DNA from: a virus
Lineage: Duplodnaviria > Heunggongvirae > Uroviricota > Caudoviricetes
IMG/VR virus record: IMGVR_UViG_2870469529_000003
Coordinates: 1-42,569 of that record
Strand: one strand, 5' to 3'
DNA: 42,569 bases
Part shown: one piece after another, positions 8,116-21,677 of the stretch
Numbering within the stretch: position 1 is the first letter of the stretch
How the letters are laid out: each line of letters begins with the position of its first letter
Position numbers and translations under genes: made by a program
Notes under the pieces: generated by a model
Databases searched by the model: none
Told to the model about the DNA's origin: nothing
What the model saw: only the letters and a program-made list of their open reading frames with translations

Positions 8116-10347
8116 TTACTTCTGGTTATCATCACTGTTCATCCAGTACATGATGCCTAGCCTTGATATGGTTTTCTTATCTGATTCTGGAAGTGAGTTG
8201 TAAAACGAGCGCCAAGCAGAAGAGCGTCTTACAGTTGTATCAACGATGCTTTCTGGTGCTTGTTTTACTGCCAGCCTTGCTGCTTTCTGGAATTCTGGTG
8301 AGCTAATTAGCTTTTCTGCAGATTCAATTGATTCAGCGCCGCCCATCGCCCTGATTTTGCTGGCGACTTTTGCCCCAATTTCTGACCCAGCAACAGCACC
8401 TACTGCACTGAACGGTCCTGACACAGTTGAACCAACCGCAGTGCCAATGCGTTGGGCATGGTTAGCAACAAATTCATTTGCCGCAGTGACGCGATTAAAC
8501 CGTTTGACGAACTCGTTTAGTCTTCCTGTAGTTATCTCGTAAGATTTTGCGTCTTTGATAGCCTTTGCGACCTTATATACATCGTTCAGACCTGACATAG
8601 TCTCTTTTGGTAAATGTCGGGCAAGATTGCGCATCTGCCCGTTTGCTAACATGTTTTGATACCAGTCAGCAAACCCTGCAGGATTAAAATCAGCGCCACG
8701 TTTTCCGTTCGAAAGCATATCCCGAAGACCTGTTCCCAGTAGCTCGGTTCTTAGCTTCCTGGACGGCGTGTTTTGCATCAATTCACGAAATCCTTTGGCA
8801 TCGCCTTTCGACATTGCCTGTAGTGCTGTAGTTGCTTTGCGAGAAACATCACCGTTCAGCGTTCTGCCAGTTAGATTAATCATTTGCTCTTCCATGCTTT
8901 TTCGCATCTGAACAAGCCTCTGAGCAACTTCAAAATCACGTAATGCATTTGTCTCTGACAGCGCCGCCTTTTGATCATCGGCGAGCGAACCGTAAAGCCT
9001 CGATAAAGCAGCGCGATCAGCATCTTTATATGGTCCAGAATTCTTATGAAGTGCATCACCAACAAGTCGTCGTTGCTTATTGAGATTTGCATAAGTTAAT
9101 GCGCCGTTCTTGCCTGGATTAACTGCCCGAAAGACTCTCTTTTCAATAGGGTCAAGGTTTTTCATCCCGCCAAGATCTTCTGCCACCTGTTTGAGCATTG
9201 ACCTTGTTGATGGCGCATCAATTTTTGCACCTGCAGGCATCGCCTTTTCAACATTGCGATAAAGCTGGTCGCTTCGTTTCATCAGCGCAGACATTCTTCC
9301 ATTGACCGTATCAATAAACTTGTCGCTCATACCAAGAGCATCTTTTGCACCGGAAACGCGATCAATTATCTCCCCCGCACCCTGTGCTAGCTGCCTGATT
9401 GCTTCATTTTCCTGCACCTGTAGAGCAGAACCCGCACGGGACTTGATTGCTTGCTCAACTGCCTTGTATTGCTCGTTCCCGGAAAAGTGTGAAGGGAGTA
9501 ATGAATCAACATTAAGCCTTTCAGCAGACTCCAGAACTTCAGCCTGAGGATTGATATCTAGTTCATCAAGCGATGAAGCGAGATTTGGCCTTTTTTGTGC
9601 TGCTACTGTGCGAACGACTTCCTCTGGGTTCCTCGTCGCAGGAGTCATTGGTACACCTTGTGCTGCTCTTGCCTCTGCGGCATGAACCGCAGGATTTGTT
9701 GCCTCTGCGGCATCACCGGAGAATGGTGATGTTTCTGTTGGCGCAGTGGTCGCTCTCTGTGCAGATGTTTTATTGCCACTAATTATATTTGATGCACCAC
9801 GAACACCACGGGTAACGCCATTTATCAGGCCATGCGTAGCAATGTTAAGTCCGGCATTAATAGCGGCATTTTCGGCAAAATCACCCCGTTGATTCGCCGC
9901 GTCAGCGAGAGAACCAATGACCATGTTTCCAGCTACACCTGCTCCAGGAACAAGATAACCGCCTATTGACTCTCCAGCTTGCGCATAAGGGTCTGTCGGT
10001 CGATAGACAGGGCGATAAACATCATCCAAAACCTTGGGGCCACCAAGCCCCTGGCTGATTGCATTAATCAGACTTGCGCCACCCTGTAATACGTCAAATG
10101 GTATGTTTACCAGACCACGACCAGCCTGTTCTGCAATTTGCCCTGCACTTTGACCACCAGTGAGCCAATCGCCAGCTTGTTGCATCAATGATGGTTCTTC
10201 CCGTGTTGGTGCATTATTGGCCTGATTAACTGTTTGTTGCTGAACAGCCTGACCAGCAAAATACTCATCAATGGCGGTGCCAATATCTTCCGTGCTCGTA
10301 CCATCAGGGAAGGTAAATGTCTTACCGTTTGCAGTTACTTTCATCAT
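8116..10347 (-). CDS. Ejection (internal virion) protein, P22 gp16-like, 743 aa
   Basis: Position in the P22 gene order (20, 16, cargo, 9) and Ala/Gly/Gln-rich composition typical of E-proteins. Confidence 0.65.
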   Translation of the reverse strand: MMKVTANGKTFTFPDGTSTEDIGTAIDEYFAGQAVQQQTVNQANNAPTREEPSLMQQAGDWLTGGQSAGQIAEQAGRGLVNIPFDVLQGGASLINAISQGLGGPKVLDDVYRPVYRPTDPYAQAGESIGGYLVPGAGVAGNMVIGSLADAANQRGDFAENAAINAGLNIATHGLINGVTRGVRGASNIISGNKTSAQRATTAPTETSPFSGDAAEATNPAVHAAEARAAQGVPMTPATRNPEEVVRTVAAQKRPNLASSLDELDINPQAEVLESAERLNVDSLLPSHFSGNEQYKAVEQAIKSRAGSALQVQENEAIRQLAQGAGEIIDRVSGAKDALGMSDKFIDTVNGRMSALMKRSDQLYRNVEKAMPAGAKIDAPSTRSMLKQVAEDLGGMKNLDPIEKRVFRAVNPGKNGALTYANLNKQRRLVGDALHKNSGPYKDADRAALSRLYGSLADDQKAALSETNALRDFEVAQRLVQMRKSMEEQMINLTGRTLNGDVSRKATTALQAMSKGDAKGFRELMQNTPSRKLRTELLGTGLRDMLSNGKRGADFNPAGFADWYQNMLANGQMRNLARHLPKETMSGLNDVYKVAKAIKDAKSYEITTGRLNEFVKRFNRVTAANEFVANHAQRIGTAVGSTVSGPFSAVGAVAGSEIGAKVASKIRAMGGAESIESAEKLISSPEFQKAARLAVKQAPESIVDTTVRRSSAWRSFYNSLPESDKKTISRLGIMYWMNSDDNQK

Positions 10348-11747
10348 TCCACCGTAAATTGAATGCCTGATTTTGACGTGTAGCTACCTCCTGCTGATTG
10401 CTGAGTAGCTGGCTGTTGCCTTGATGATTTCTTCCCGCCATTACCGACATTAACGTTATATTGCTGGTTGTAATTGTCGGTATATTGCTGAATGTCGCGC
10501 ATTGATTGTTGCAGTGCTTCAGGGCTTGAGAAATCAACCTGTGGCATACCTTGAAAATACATCTTTGCTTCTGCAACGGTGTTGATACCGGATGCCCCCA
10601 TGTCTCTGGCTGCTGCAATGCCCTGATTCTGCATCTTTCCTTGGATTCGCTGTGCAGCGTTGTATAGTTTCCTCTGATCACCACCAGATGCACGGCTACG
10701 AATATCTGCACCAAGAGCAGGAGAACCTGAAGAGCCTGTAATGCCAGTCATGAAGCCAAGATCGTCAATTGATGCACCAGAAATTGCATCAAGATCTTTC
10801 TTCATTGCGTAATTCTGCGCGCTTGCTGCCGATGTAGCCGGAGCGGCAATAGAGCCAGCAGGAACGCGAACCATATTCCCCTCGTTGTCGATACCTTCGT
10901 AGAACGCATTAGCCCCAGCGCCGTGAAGCTTCCCGCCTACCGTTACAGTTCTGCCATCTGATAACTGAACTGTACGCTCATCATTCCCAGCGATTCCTCT
11001 TGTTGACGCTCGCTGCATTGCCAAATCCTGACCTCGTCGCGCAGTAGAAGCAGATAAGTCCTGACCGCGCATCGTGATGTTCTGACCTCGTGCTGTTAGT
11101 GCCTCTCCTGCCTGATTGCTGCGGATTGTCTCTGCCAGTCTGCCTCGGTCAATCTCACGACCAGCCATCTTGTCCTGAACATTGAAGTAGTCAATCGGAC
11201 CGAGAGCAGCCATCCCAAGGTGATCAACAAACTCACCAAATCCTGAAGGATTCTGCTGATACATCTGAGCAACGCTGTTAGGGTCAACACCGACGCGAGT
11301 CAGTTCCTTGGCGTTGTTTTGCAGCCATGATTGCATTGCTTCTGGAGACGATGACGCAAGGCGTGCGCCAGCCGCTAAGGTGCCGATAGAATTACGCTGG
11401 TCTTCATCAATGAATCCCATGCCTTTACGAACGGATTCAATCTGGTCTGGATATTGAGTAGCCAACTGACGCAAAGCACCGCGATCACCAGACGCATAAG
11501 CATTAGCGTACGCCTGCTGAAATTCTTTCTGCCGCTGAGCCTGCTTTTCCTGCTGAAACACCCCTGCAATACCTGAAAGGCCTTGCAAAGCAGTCAGTCC
11601 AACATTGTTAGCGCCTGAACGCTCAATATCATTGTTCTGCCTGATAAGCTGAAGCGTATTGCCGATGTCATTTACGCTCGGAGCGTTTGAGTTGACGCCG
11701 CCTATACCAGCCAACAATCCGCCGTTTGTTCCTTGCCAAGTAGCCAT
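10344..11747 (-). CDS. Ejection protein, P22 gp20-like, 467 aa
   Basis: Position and size match P22 gp20 (about 471 aa). Confidence 0.65.
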   Translation of the reverse strand: MATWQGTNGGLLAGIGGVNSNAPSVNDIGNTLQLIRQNNDIERSGANNVGLTALQGLSGIAGVFQQEKQAQRQKEFQQAYANAYASGDRGALRQLATQYPDQIESVRKGMGFIDEDQRNSIGTLAAGARLASSSPEAMQSWLQNNAKELTRVGVDPNSVAQMYQQNPSGFGEFVDHLGMAALGPIDYFNVQDKMAGREIDRGRLAETIRSNQAGEALTARGQNITMRGQDLSASTARRGQDLAMQRASTRGIAGNDERTVQLSDGRTVTVGGKLHGAGANAFYEGIDNEGNMVRVPAGSIAAPATSAASAQNYAMKKDLDAISGASIDDLGFMTGITGSSGSPALGADIRSRASGGDQRKLYNAAQRIQGKMQNQGIAAARDMGASGINTVAEAKMYFQGMPQVDFSSPEALQQSMRDIQQYTDNYNQQYNVNVGNGGKKSSRQQPATQQSAGGSYTSKSGIQFTVE

Positions 11748-11756
11748 GATTACCCC

Positions 11757-12449
11757 TTAAAACAACGAGCCAAGCAATCCGATACCAGCACCAATGCCAG
11801 CGCCCCAAGGTGTTGATGTTCCCAAAAGGCTGGCAAGACCTGCACCGGCAATCGCACCAGACGTGCCACCGCTAATTGCAGTCTGAAGACTTGATGGTTT
11901 ATTGGCATTAGCAGCGGCAAGTGCTGCGCTTTGCTGTGCAATGCTGCTCATGTTGTTGGCGTATGTCTGCCCGGCGTTCGCCTGACCTTGCAGCGCACCA
12001 AGGCCAATGTTTGCCAGATTGTTGTAGTTGCTCATCTGGTTTGATAACCACGACTGACCGAGAGTCGGAGCAATCGTAGCCAGTTGATTGCTTGTGGCTG
12101 TCGAACCAAGTCCCCCCGTCGCCTCCGCAGCAGCAAGATTCTGGTAGCGAGCCTGACCTGCCAAGTCTTTATACTGCTGAGAGTTGTAATACTGATTAAG
12201 TGCCTGCCCCTGTCCTTCTAAACTGGAAAGGTTCTGAAGCTGGTTAACATACTGCTCCGCAAGCGGCGTGAACGGAGCAAGGTTTTTCATGATCGTCTGC
12301 CACTGTTGATTTTGCAGGTCTGCGGCATACTTCTGAGCTTCTGCGGCATACTTTGCACTTTTATCAGAACTGCCACCTTTTCCGCCTTTTTCAGGGCAAT
12401 AAGGTTCCTCGCCGCGCAGTTTTCTGCCCAGCTTAAATGCATATAACAT
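11757..12449 (-). CDS. Ejection protein, P22 gp7-like, 230 aa
   Basis: Position and size match P22 gp7 (229 aa). Confidence 0.6.
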   Translation of the reverse strand: MLYAFKLGRKLRGEEPYCPEKGGKGGSSDKSAKYAAEAQKYAADLQNQQWQTIMKNLAPFTPLAEQYVNQLQNLSSLEGQGQALNQYYNSQQYKDLAGQARYQNLAAAEATGGLGSTATSNQLATIAPTLGQSWLSNQMSNYNNLANIGLGALQGQANAGQTYANNMSSIAQQSAALAAANANKPSSLQTAISGGTSGAIAGAGLASLLGTSTPWGAGIGAGIGLLGSLF

Positions 12450-12451
12450 GG

Positions 12452-12907
12452 CTATCTCCCGTGATTCAGGAAGTCGATTAGTTCTTCGCGTGTGGTGCTG
12501 TAAAACGTCACGTCATCCACGCCTTTGAAGTATTTCTTGATGGTTCCTACACGCTTAAGGCCAATCATTGCGCAGTACATCTGACCGTGGCGGAATTTGC
12601 GCGCAGCGAACGATGTGACGCACTGAACGGTGGTGTTAGTCAGAATGTATCGCCAGAACGCCAGCCCGATTTCCTTGCTGAAGCCGCGAATCTCTGGCAG
12701 GTACATGGCGTGGCAATCGAATGTCAGCGGCTGAATCTCCTGATAGTAAACAATGCCGCCGAACTGCCCGTGCACGTTCACCTCAAAGTAACGGCATTCA
12801 GGTTTGTAGTCGTATCCATCACCGTTGTTGCTACCAGCGATAATGTCAGGGTGATTTCCGACTGCTTCGATCAGGTCGATGTTTCGCGTTGGTTTGAATG
12901 TAATCAT
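12452..12907 (-). CDS. P22 gp14-like protein (E-protein assembly/ejection), 151 aa
   Basis: Synteny between the gp26-like and gp7-like genes. Confidence 0.5.
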   Translation of the reverse strand: MITFKPTRNIDLIEAVGNHPDIIAGSNNGDGYDYKPECRYFEVNVHGQFGGIVYYQEIQPLTFDCHAMYLPEIRGFSKEIGLAFWRYILTNTTVQCVTSFAARKFRHGQMYCAMIGLKRVGTIKKYFKGVDDVTFYSTTREELIDFLNHGR

Positions 12908-13608
12908 CAGTCAATCAGCCCATGTAATCTAAGTGCCGTTTCAAGCGCCAGAATACGCTGCCGCGCCTGCTGCAAACCTGTAGCGAGAGCTGCGACTTCG
13001 GATTGTGTGTACGTAGTGCCGACAGTGTATGACTGGTTAGCGTTGAATGAGCCAAGAAGTGGCGTACCTGTGGCTGCAGTCCATCCGGTATTTCTTGCTC
13101 CAACAACCTGAATTCCATCAACTGAATATGATGTTTTTACATCCAGCGGTGACTCAAGAGACTGCAATTCGGTTACGGTTTTCGATACGTAATCACTCTT
13201 AATGCCAGAGACATCGTTTTCTACGTCATCCAGTCTTTGGTCAACAGTGACCAGATGCGCCTGAATATCGATAACCTCATCCAGCAAGTAATCAACATCG
13301 CTACGCAGTACGACTATCTTCCCTTCGGCAGTTGTTAACCTGACCTCAAGGAGATTTATCGCTTTTGTGTTTGCGGAGATTCTTGCATCGTGGTCAGCCA
13401 GTTCGACATCCTGTTCATCGTTTTTCACCTGAGCATCGTAAGCGCCCTGACCAGCCTGATTTGCCTTCCCGGCAATTGCGCCGACATCAGCCCCCTGATT
13501 AATGACATACAGCAGGTAAGACTGGCTGAATATATTGCGTGGAAGGATTGATGTATCGAGTCGTGTAGCCTGAATTGTTACCGGCTCATTGAGATTCGAA
13601 TCAGCCAT
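12907..13608 (-). CDS. Tail needle protein, P22 gp26-like, 233 aa
   Basis: N-terminus [77 protein letters not shown] and C-terminal ...LRLHGLID closely match my recollection of P22 gp26. Confidence 0.85.
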   Translation of the reverse strand: MADSNLNEPVTIQATRLDTSILPRNIFSQSYLLYVINQGADVGAIAGKANQAGQGAYDAQVKNDEQDVELADHDARISANTKAINLLEVRLTTAEGKIVVLRSDVDYLLDEVIDIQAHLVTVDQRLDDVENDVSGIKSDYVSKTVTELQSLESPLDVKTSYSVDGIQVVGARNTGWTAATGTPLLGSFNANQSYTVGTTYTQSEVAALATGLQQARQRILALETALRLHGLID

Positions 13609-15026
13609 TACTCAATCCTTATCTGGCAACCAGACAGAGTGACAGGTGACTTCGTGATAACGCGCAATTTGAAGCCGACATTTTTCCTGATGCGCCCTAC
13701 TCGCTTCCACAAAACGCGTTTGTCGTAAACGAACGGTTCATTCTGCTCAATCATCTGCTCACGTCCGTAATTGATGCCGTCAGTGGTTGCAGAGAGAAAA
13801 AGGCGGTCAGCATACTGCGCAACTCCAGTTGAAGATTCAACTTCAAGGTCGAAAACTCTGGCGTTATCTGCTTTGAACAACGGAGTAAACAGCAGGTGTT
13901 CCTGTTGCTTGTCGTACTGGCTGCTGATATCGAACTGCAATTTCCCGGTCACCGATTCCAGCTTATCGCCGCACGTTATCTGATTGCCTTCGTAAATGAA
14001 GTCGATAGCGCGGTACACATCGTCATACAGGCCTGTTTTCAGCACACACCATTGCGGACCATTGGCGCTTGAAGATGCGTCGTACACGAGGACGTGACGC
14101 GGCAGGTGAATAATCAGCAACTCATGAGCATCAAATCGCAACGATTCCATCAAGCCATCAGCCAGTTCATCAGCAGTGTAGGAGCGGAGGATTTTCTCAA
14201 TGCTCGCGCTGGCGATTGGTGACACCTGACCGGAGCCGATGATGTATACAGACGGCGCACCTGTTGCCGGATTGCTGATGAACGCATAGGAATCAGCAAA
14301 CGGCGTTTTGCAGTAAGTTCCGGCGATGCCTTTTTGCACCATCAGCGATGGCTGTGCGACATACAAAGCGGCACCAACGGTGGTTGCACCAGTCAGGGAG
14401 AAATATTCAATAGTCGATGAACCAAAGCAGACGATGAAGTCTCGCCATGTCCCGATACCGATGATGCCGTCCGGCTGAGACTCGGCACGATATTGTGCGC
14501 TGTAACGGTCAGGATGCGATTCGTCTTCAAGGTCAGTGATAAACCATGAATCAGTGCCGTCTTTTGACCACGCATAACGCCCACGTAAACGCGTAATGTC
14601 GCGAACCGAACCTAACTCATACTGAGTGAATCCGCTGTCTGTAGGCCAGTTTGAGACTGTTTTAACCGTGCCATCATAGCGATACTCGACCAGTTGACCA
14701 TTAACGCCTACCGCCTGAGATGTTCGACCATGCGCCATTGATACGCGACCACTTCCGGCAACATCACCGACCTCGCTTTCGCCCTTATACAACTTGCCAC
14801 CGCAAACGCGATAAACAGCATTCTGCGCCATGTTGTACTCGACACCGCGCGATACACCATTAACATCAGAACGTTTGGCAATGCCCGGGAATGAGCGAAG
14901 ATATCCGCTGCTGTTGAGTATTTCTTTGGGTGTAGCCAGCATATTCACTGGCAGATAGTCGATGTAGTCGGCGTTTCGGAAATCTTTGCCGACACCTTTC
15001 ATAAGCGGAAGTTGCTGAATCGGCAT
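13608..15026 (-). CDS. Tail accessory / portal-plug protein, P22 gp10-like, 472 aa
   Basis: Same length as P22 gp10 (472 aa) and syntenic position. Confidence 0.75.
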   Translation of the reverse strand: MPIQQLPLMKGVGKDFRNADYIDYLPVNMLATPKEILNSSGYLRSFPGIAKRSDVNGVSRGVEYNMAQNAVYRVCGGKLYKGESEVGDVAGSGRVSMAHGRTSQAVGVNGQLVEYRYDGTVKTVSNWPTDSGFTQYELGSVRDITRLRGRYAWSKDGTDSWFITDLEDESHPDRYSAQYRAESQPDGIIGIGTWRDFIVCFGSSTIEYFSLTGATTVGAALYVAQPSLMVQKGIAGTYCKTPFADSYAFISNPATGAPSVYIIGSGQVSPIASASIEKILRSYTADELADGLMESLRFDAHELLIIHLPRHVLVYDASSSANGPQWCVLKTGLYDDVYRAIDFIYEGNQITCGDKLESVTGKLQFDISSQYDKQQEHLLFTPLFKADNARVFDLEVESSTGVAQYADRLFLSATTDGINYGREQMIEQNEPFVYDKRVLWKRVGRIRKNVGFKLRVITKSPVTLSGCQIRIE

Positions 15027-15527
15027 TTATTCGCCCCCGTTATCGCAAGGTTCCTTCCGGTGGAAGTAATTCCAACCATTCCACTTCGCCAACTGGTTAC
15101 CGCTACCAACAGGCATACGGTTTGGATAACCGGACTTACATTTAGCGGCTTTTGCTCTGTCCATTGCAGACAGTTTGACGAGTCGCTCTTTCCCGTATCT
15201 GGCAGTGGTTATAAGTTTTGCTGGCGCTTCCAGCGCATAGTCTGGAGCAATGCGGCAGGCAAGGTTGAAAATGACGGCATTTATAGCGTTATTTGATAAT
15301 CCGTGCTCATCTCCCTGATCTGGAGCGACATCTGCATCAGCAAAAATGTAGCCAACGTTGATACCAGGTGACACATCACCGCCAAGCCATTCAGCCATCA
15401 TCATTTCAAGGTCGTTGACGCCGTCTTCCATAGACTGCGGTTCGACATCGGTTAACGTGGCATTTGATGCCACACCGAGCTTACGTAATGCCGCAAGAAC
15501 TAAATCACCCTTCGTTGTCAGGTTCAT
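15027..15527 (-). CDS. Tail accessory protein, P22 gp4-like, 166 aa (start at internal Met of the longer ORF)
   Basis: [35 protein letters not shown]... matches the P22 gp4 N-terminus and length; the upstream in-frame extension is just the hexanucleotide repeat. Confidence 0.8.
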   Translation of the reverse strand: MNLTTKGDLVLAALRKLGVASNATLTDVEPQSMEDGVNDLEMMMAEWLGGDVSPGINVGYIFADADVAPDQGDEHGLSNNAINAVIFNLACRIAPDYALEAPAKLITTARYGKERLVKLSAMDRAKAAKCKSGYPNRMPVGSGNQLAKWNGWNYFHRKEPCDNGGE

Positions 15528-15747
15528 CTGCTGCCGCCTTAGGTTTTCGACCAGGCTTTTTACGCTGTTTTTCTTCTGGCTCTGGCTCTGGCTCTGGCTC
15601 TGCAACATCCTTCAGAAGATCATCAGGATGTGCAAACCAGCCAGCATCCAGATATTCCTGAAGCTCTTCGGCTTTCACGATTTCAAAGTCGTATCCAACG
15701 CCTTTCCACTTCTTCATGTCTCCATGACGAAAGATCATGTGTGTCAT
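15505..15747 (-). CDS. Small protein with acidic (EP)n repeat and Lys/Pro-rich C-terminus, about 80 aa
   Basis: GGAGA 5 nt upstream of ATG at 15747; sits between the coat and gp4 genes; the EPEPEPEPE tract is encoded by the hexanucleotide repeat. Confidence 0.45.
   Translation of the reverse strand: MTHMIFRHGDMKKWKGVGYDFEIVKAEELQEYLDAGWFAHPDDLLKDVAEPEPEPEPEEKQRKKPGRKPKAAADEPDNEG
15565..15600. repeat. Tandem hexanucleotide repeat (CTGGCT)n, about 5 units
   Basis: ctggctctggctctggctctggctctg read directly from the sequence. Confidence 0.8.
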
Positions 15748-15791
15748 GCTTGTCTCCAGATAAAAAAGGGAGCCGAAGCTCCCTCTGGTTA

Positions 15792-17087
15792 TCACGCGGT
15801 CTGGTTAGGCAGACCAACACCAATTGCCTCTGGTCGTACAGCACATGCTGAATACCACACAGCAATACGGCACTTGCCAGACAGAGTGTTGATATCCCCC
15901 TGCGTTGCGAAGATGCCGTTAACACCAATACCTGGAATGCTGAAGGAAGAAGTTTTCATGCCAGCAAACAGTTCATGGGTTACCGGAATCGGCTGAGACA
16001 GCAGGCGGATTGAGTCATCAGCCCAGAACACGTTAGCGGTGGTTGTTGCCACGTTCAGAACGTTTACCGGAGTGGTATCAGCAAGAGAGGTGTTTACGTT
16101 AGCGTAAGCCTTCTCTTCTTTTGTCAGTGACTCGTCATCCAGCGCAATCGGCTTCGGCGTGATTTCGATGTGAGTACCATCGATCACACGGGTGATTGAG
16201 AAAGTCGCATCATCAGTCAGCACGTTCTTCGCCATCTGAGACAGGAATTTCACACCAGTGAAACTGATTTTGTCGCCGCGCTTAAATCCGGTGGTGGAGG
16301 ATACGGTCACCGTTGCAACACGGTTGTCGACGTTCTCTTTGTTACCATCGGTATCAAGGGTGTATGCCTGCGGCTTAAACTTCTGCGCACCAGAAACAGT
16401 TACACCAGTAGCGGCTGACTTGGTAACTGCCGGAAGTTTCGGTGAGCGAAGAATTTCATCAAAGCCAGCAATCTGACGCTGAATAGTACCGTTGCGATAC
16501 GTGTCTTCAGGAACGCGCCCGAAGATGTCACCATCTACCAGGTTGCGGCCTGCTTTGCGGTAATCGTCAGGGTTCAGGAAGTAACTGATGCCCATATCGC
16601 GGTTTAGCTCACGGGAGAACATCAGGCGCTCTGCATCAGACACAAAATCCCAGCCAGACAGGCCAGTAGATGGACCAATTGCTCGGGTATCGTGAACAAC
16701 AAGTGAGCCCATTTCAGTTGCCTGTTTGGCAATTGCTGACTCAATGTTATTCGCCAGTTTTTTAGCTGATGCCTGGATGCGGCGACGGTAAGAACGCTCA
16801 TCACGCAGGTCATCTGCACGAAGCTCGAAGAAATCGTTATCCGGATCGCCCATGTTGCATTTCACGGACAGTTCCAGAATACCGGTAGCGTTGCCAGTTA
16901 AATCCCAGCCAGTCTGAGTTGGCGCTTCCTGCTCAACAGGCATCCACACGGTGTTGCTTGAACGTTGCATGGATTCTGCCGGAGGGGTGTATTTTGTCAC
17001 TTTAGACGCCATTGGCGTCAGGTTCTGGATGGTTTCGATGATTTCATCCAGAGCATACGTGACCAGTTGACCTTCATTTAATGCCAT
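15792..17087 (-). CDS. Major coat protein, P22 gp5-like, 431 aa
   Basis: [27 protein letters not shown]...RADDLRDE...SRELNRDMG... closely matches P22 coat along its length. Confidence 0.9.
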   Translation of the reverse strand: MALNEGQLVTYALDEIIETIQNLTPMASKVTKYTPPAESMQRSSNTVWMPVEQEAPTQTGWDLTGNATGILELSVKCNMGDPDNDFFELRADDLRDERSYRRRIQASAKKLANNIESAIAKQATEMGSLVVHDTRAIGPSTGLSGWDFVSDAERLMFSRELNRDMGISYFLNPDDYRKAGRNLVDGDIFGRVPEDTYRNGTIQRQIAGFDEILRSPKLPAVTKSAATGVTVSGAQKFKPQAYTLDTDGNKENVDNRVATVTVSSTTGFKRGDKISFTGVKFLSQMAKNVLTDDATFSITRVIDGTHIEITPKPIALDDESLTKEEKAYANVNTSLADTTPVNVLNVATTTANVFWADDSIRLLSQPIPVTHELFAGMKTSSFSIPGIGVNGIFATQGDINTLSGKCRIAVWYSACAVRPEAIGVGLPNQTA

Positions 17088-17998
17088 TATCGAATTCCTT
17101 TATTCAGTTGCGCCTTGAGCTTGCGGTATGTCTCTACATCCCCTTTGTTTGCTGCCGCTTCCATCTGCTTTTCAATCGCAGAAATATTTGCAGCAACAGC
17201 GTGTCCCTGAATGGGTTCATCAGGTAACGGGGCTTCTGAAACTGGCTTGGCTCGAGGCTTGAGAGTTAAACGTTCTGACAGTCGAGTGAGTTCAATCAGC
17301 GCGGATTGCCCGTCCATCGCCAGCAACTGGCGTGTTTTCTCAGGATTAGCACCAAGGTGATACATGAGAGCGGCGGATTTCTCCGGGAAGAGGCGCATGA
17401 TGTCGGCACCGACTGCTGGCGGCACCAGTTGCATGAATGCATCCTCTTTCTCCTGATAGTCAGGGATATTGAGCTTTTCCGCTGCGTCGTAGTGCTTACG
17501 GGCTGCCTCGACGTATTGCGCTGATTGCTGGGTGAACTCCTGAGTTTTGCGACCCTGCTCGGCGACAGCCTGGCTTCGTGCGTCCATAGCCTTGATCTGC
17601 CATTCACTGTTTGCCTGCTGGAAGGCAGCCAGTGCGCGGCTCTGGTCATAGTCGTACTTAGCCAGTGCATCTTCGGAAAGATAATCGTTAGGGTCTGGTT
17701 GTTTTGGTAACTCAGGGTTCACCCGCAGGTGCTCCGGCAACTCTCCACGCTTAACCGCTTCCATCTGCTGCTCAAGCTCACGCTGGCGTTTGCGTTCAAT
17801 GCGGCGACGGGCAAATTCAGCATTAGTTGCCGGGTCTTGTTTTGGTTTCTCATCGTCTTTCAGGACAATCTCGAAGCCTTCTTCCTGACCTGCGTTGTCG
17901 TTGGCATTATCGACAACTAAGCCATCAGCAGATGCCGCTGCATGATTGCCGGGCAGGGTTAATTCTTCAGAAGCCTGAATGTCGGTGGTTTGGTCCAT
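17087..17998 (-). CDS. Scaffolding protein, P22 gp8-like, 303 aa
   Basis: Position between portal and coat; acidic, helix-rich composition. Confidence 0.75.
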   Translation of the reverse strand: MDQTTDIQASEELTLPGNHAAASADGLVVDNANDNAGQEEGFEIVLKDDEKPKQDPATNAEFARRRIERKRQRELEQQMEAVKRGELPEHLRVNPELPKQPDPNDYLSEDALAKYDYDQSRALAAFQQANSEWQIKAMDARSQAVAEQGRKTQEFTQQSAQYVEAARKHYDAAEKLNIPDYQEKEDAFMQLVPPAVGADIMRLFPEKSAALMYHLGANPEKTRQLLAMDGQSALIELTRLSERLTLKPRAKPVSEAPLPDEPIQGHAVAANISAIEKQMEAAANKGDVETYRKLKAQLNKGIR

Positions 17999-18011
17999 GG
18001 TTAACTCTCTC

Positions 18012-20177
18012 TTATTGAGGTGTCTCGGCTACTCCGCCGGAGGGGATTTGAACTTGACGCATAAGATTCGCGAAATCCATGCGTTGTGAATGAGTCTGGT
18101 CTGCATCTTTAAGAAGCAGCTCAGCGTTAGCACGAGCATCTTTGCTGCGCTGTTGCTGGAATTGACCTACGAGCTTGAGGTACTCACGCAGTTCTGCCTG
18201 CTTGTCTAGGTCCATATTGTTGAAGATTTCCGCAATCTTCGCGGCGTTGAGTTGGTTTTGGGCTTCAACCTTGGCGGCTTCAACCTGAATCTGCGCCTGT
18301 TGGTTCTCTGCCTTGAGCAATTCAGCCTGACCTTGCAGAAGGATACCCTGCGCCTGAATTTGCTCTGCTGATGGCTGCTGCGGCTGCTGTTGAGCCTGCT
18401 GTACCATCTCCATCTCTTCAGGTGTTTCTGGTTTCTTCAGCCCCATCATCACCAGTTGCTTGTTCGCGTACTCTCGCATCATCTCGACGCCTTTACCATC
18501 AAGCAGCGTGAAGTATTGCAGCATCAGCATCTGGAACTCTGGAGTACCTTGCGGAACCTTGGTGAGTAACTCCTGAATCTCTGCGCGGTTCTGTTCCTTC
18601 ATACTCTGGAAGGATGGTCCAACGTCTGTATAGCACTCATAGCGACCGCGAATGTCGTTGAGTGTGACCACATTGCCGGACTGGTAATCGACAACTTGCG
18701 CATAGAGTTGAACGTCTTTCTCGCTTCCATCTTCAAGTGTCAGCGTTACATGACGAGGAACGTCATAAATATCGTTGACCATTGAGGCATAAATCTCGCC
18801 ATCACGTCGCATTGCGGTAGCCAGGTTATCCTGAAACACGTATGTCTCAAGGTCTGCCCGCATGTTCAGTTGATTGACGGTATCGAAAGCGACCTGAGAG
18901 CTTGCTGCCTGCGCATCCACACCAAGACTAGCCACCTCTTTCACTGCGTTGGTGGCAGCCTCAAGCATGTAAGCGTTGGCTTGCGGCACTTCAGGGTTTT
19001 CCATGTAGGAGATTGGACCAATCGGCAGGTCGTTGCCGTTTTCATCGGTCTTGTTCTGCAAATAGTACGGATAGTCATCATTTCCACCGTACATGTATTC
19101 ATAGCCTTCGATTTGCTCAGGGAAGAAGGTCGGTTTCTTCTTCGGTGAACGAGCAACAATATCGGCGTTGAATGACATGATCATGTTACGAAGGCGTTGA
19201 CCGTCTTTCGTCAGCCTTACCACTCCTTCGTAGCACTCCTTGTCACCAGCGAATGACCATTCGCCATACACTGGAACGATTGGAATATGCTCTCCGGCTA
19301 TCTTCTCGCGGTCTTTCAGTATCTGCGTGCAGGTGATGATCGACTTATACACACGCCGACGCTTCACCTTGCGCTCTGCTACCTTAATGAATCCACGATT
19401 AGCCAGGTCGTCGATGACGTCTTTAATATCCTGCTGGTAATAGCTGACCGGCTCACCTGTCAGCGGGTCGCGGTAGATGAAGACCTTCTCTTTCTTCTCT
19501 TCGACCTCGTAATACTCAGCGACGTAGACGACATCATTCGATACCCACGGAAACAGCCATGTATCGTTCGGATTCTGGAAAGATGGCAAGGTATCCGGAT
19601 CAATACCGTAATCCTCTGCGAACTCTTTCCAGCCATTGCGTGACAAAGCGTTAATCACCGTGCAGTGCTTAGCGTCGCTCTTATCCATCTGCTTGCTGTT
19701 GGCGTCCCATATGACGTGTGAGCAGGCTTCATGGATTGGAAGGCGTCGGATTACCTGATTGTTGCTTGTTGGATCGTTGTCTTCGTACTGCGTGACCAGA
19801 CGCCATGCACCAACGCCGGACTCTATCTGCTCACGAACGCCAACGTTAACGGCAATTTTTGCCGTGTTATGGCGCATATCAGTACGATACATCCCCATCA
19901 GCACATCGGCAGCATCAGGATTAGCGCCGTCTTTTGGTCTGAAGAGAACATCGATAGGGTTCCGGCGCATCTCTGCGACCAGCTTCCTGACCACCGGGCG
20001 AACAACATCGAATTGTCCGCGATATTGCAGGGTGGTGTAGTTTGATAGCCAGTCATCCCATTGCGACACTCGGCTAAAATACAGGTCATTTGTCGCCTCG
20101 GTTCTGGCTTCATCGCTCGCCATCCAGTCTGCGTCAAACTTACACAGAATGGAATTGAGTCTGTTTTCGTCGGCCAT
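18012..20177 (-). CDS. Portal protein, P22 gp1-like, 721 aa
   Basis: Size and position; long C-terminal Gln/Ala-rich coiled-coil barrel typical of P22 portal. Confidence 0.85.
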   Translation of the reverse strand: MADENRLNSILCKFDADWMASDEARTEATNDLYFSRVSQWDDWLSNYTTLQYRGQFDVVRPVVRKLVAEMRRNPIDVLFRPKDGANPDAADVLMGMYRTDMRHNTAKIAVNVGVREQIESGVGAWRLVTQYEDNDPTSNNQVIRRLPIHEACSHVIWDANSKQMDKSDAKHCTVINALSRNGWKEFAEDYGIDPDTLPSFQNPNDTWLFPWVSNDVVYVAEYYEVEEKKEKVFIYRDPLTGEPVSYYQQDIKDVIDDLANRGFIKVAERKVKRRRVYKSIITCTQILKDREKIAGEHIPIVPVYGEWSFAGDKECYEGVVRLTKDGQRLRNMIMSFNADIVARSPKKKPTFFPEQIEGYEYMYGGNDDYPYYLQNKTDENGNDLPIGPISYMENPEVPQANAYMLEAATNAVKEVASLGVDAQAASSQVAFDTVNQLNMRADLETYVFQDNLATAMRRDGEIYASMVNDIYDVPRHVTLTLEDGSEKDVQLYAQVVDYQSGNVVTLNDIRGRYECYTDVGPSFQSMKEQNRAEIQELLTKVPQGTPEFQMLMLQYFTLLDGKGVEMMREYANKQLVMMGLKKPETPEEMEMVQQAQQQPQQPSAEQIQAQGILLQGQAELLKAENQQAQIQVEAAKVEAQNQLNAAKIAEIFNNMDLDKQAELREYLKLVGQFQQQRSKDARANAELLLKDADQTHSQRMDFANLMRQVQIPSGGVAETPQ

Positions 20178-21677
20178 TTAAGTTCTCCGTGCGATGGGCC
20201 TGATTGGGGCTGGTATCTTTTTCTCTTTTGGTTTTTTGATGTCGCGCATCATTTTTGCGAAGCGGCGCATCATGTATGCATAGCGAACGGCGGATAGCAC
20301 GTCGTCGTTAAGCTTGACGATTTTCCCGTTTTCATCACGGTGATAGAGGCGGAACTCCTCAAAGAATGGCTCACAGGTGTTGAATACTTTGAAGCGACCG
20401 TCGAGCATCATGTCTCGCAATTCAGTGATGCCAGGCTCAACAGCGTTACCGCCATCAGGCCATGTCGCATGCTCCTGCAACATCATAAAACCAGCATCTG
20501 CATACTGCCCTTTGAGCTGCTCACCGCCGCCCTTCTCATGCTGGTTTCCGTCATGAGGCCATGCGGTTGGCACTTTATGCGCCCATGATTTAACGGCTCC
20601 CCACGCCTGAACGGCTGTTTTTTCTTTCGCCTTCCACACGCGTGAAACGTAGATTGTGTCTGCGTCCTTATCCCACCAAAGCTGAACCTGCGCCTGTGGG
20701 TGATCCCATCCGAAATCCATCCCGCCAATTACGTAGAAGTGATCAGGACACTCGAACGGCTGGCACTTAATCGTCTCTTCCGGTATCTGGAAGATTCGAC
20801 CGCTACCCATCGTAGGAATACCGCGAGCACGCGCCTCTCTCTCATGCTCAGGATAGGATGCGATGATTTGCTCTTTCTGCTCGTCGGTGTAGTGCTCTGC
20901 GTCATAGATGGTCATGTTGACCACTTTCTGCGACTTGCTGGGATTCTTCAGGAACTTGGTAACAACGTCAGACATCCCCATCAGCGGGGTAAACGTCAGA
21001 ATTGAGAATTGCCCGTATTTGTTGGTACGGGTAAGACCTTCGCCATAAATACTATATGGTGGTTCTTCGTCAAACCACACGCCGTGGATTGTGTCACCCT
21101 GCCAGCGAGCACGGCCTTGCGAGTATGGTTTGAAGTAGCAGATTGAAATGCCATCTTCAACGCCATCAGCCGTGTGATGCTTAACCAGAAGATGATCAAC
21201 AAGGTTCGGAAAGAAAGGAGACTTCTTCCAGCTAATGATGTCCTCTTTCGGTATTGAACCGTAGCCCGGCTCATCATTCTCTTCAATACGACCGCACAGG
21301 ATGCGTTGAGTCGTTTTGGTTACCGTCTCGTTTGTCTCTCCACCAATCCAGAAGACAACAGGCTCATAGAAACGCTTACCTTTCCACTCACCGCCATATT
21401 TACCATCAGCAGGATAGCCTTTTGTGCCCGGATAACGCCCTGTAAGGTGAAACGCGACTTCGGCAGCACCGGTAAATGACTTACCAAGCTGGTTACCAGC
21501 CATAAAACAGCGCTCTGGATAGTCATGCCCGGCGTCGATGAACTCACGCTGTTTGCTGTATGGCGTAAATTCATATAGCAGGTGTGTGTTACGGTAGTTC
21601 TCTTCTTCTTCGAGTAGCTCGAGCAATTCGATTTGCTCTTCGTCGCTCAGGTTATCAAGAATCGCGTCCAGTTCCAC
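20178..21677 (-). CDS. Terminase large subunit, P22 gp2-like (headful packaging), 499 aa
   Basis: Walker-type motif region ([10 protein letters not shown]) and C-terminal nuclease domain; syntenic with portal. Confidence 0.85.
   Translation of the reverse strand: MELDAILDNLSDEEQIELLELLEEEENYRNTHLLYEFTPYSKQREFIDAGHDYPERCFMAGNQLGKSFTGAAEVAFHLTGRYPGTKGYPADGKYGGEWKGKRFYEPVVFWIGGETNETVTKTTQRILCGRIEENDEPGYGSIPKEDIISWKKSPFFPNLVDHLLVKHHTADGVEDGISICYFKPYSQGRARWQGDTIHGVWFDEEPPYSIYGEGLTRTNKYGQFSILTFTPLMGMSDVVTKFLKNPSKSQKVVNMTIYDAEHYTDEQKEQIIASYPEHEREARARGIPTMGSGRIFQIPEETIKCQPFECPDHFYVIGGMDFGWDHPQAQVQLWWDKDADTIYVSRVWKAKEKTAVQAWGAVKSWAHKVPTAWPHDGNQHEKGGGEQLKGQYADAGFMMLQEHATWPDGGNAVEPGITELRDMMLDGRFKVFNTCEPFFEEFRLYHRDENGKIVKLNDDVLSAVRYAYMMRRFAKMMRDIKKPKEKKIPAPIRPIARRT

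Noticed and set aside
8246-8542. 98-aa plus-strand ORF inside the gp16-like gene
   Set aside because: Antisense to a long CDS; Ala/Ser-rich translation mirrors the codon bias of the opposite strand.
15358-15996. 212-aa plus-strand ORF spanning the gp4/coat junction
   Set aside because: Antisense to two strongly supported virion genes; composition typical of a reverse-frame artefact.
17296-17670. 124-aa minus-strand ORF in an alternative frame within the scaffold gene (and 17306-17920 plus-strand ORFs)
   Set aside because: Fully embedded in the scaffold CDS with no independent start signals.
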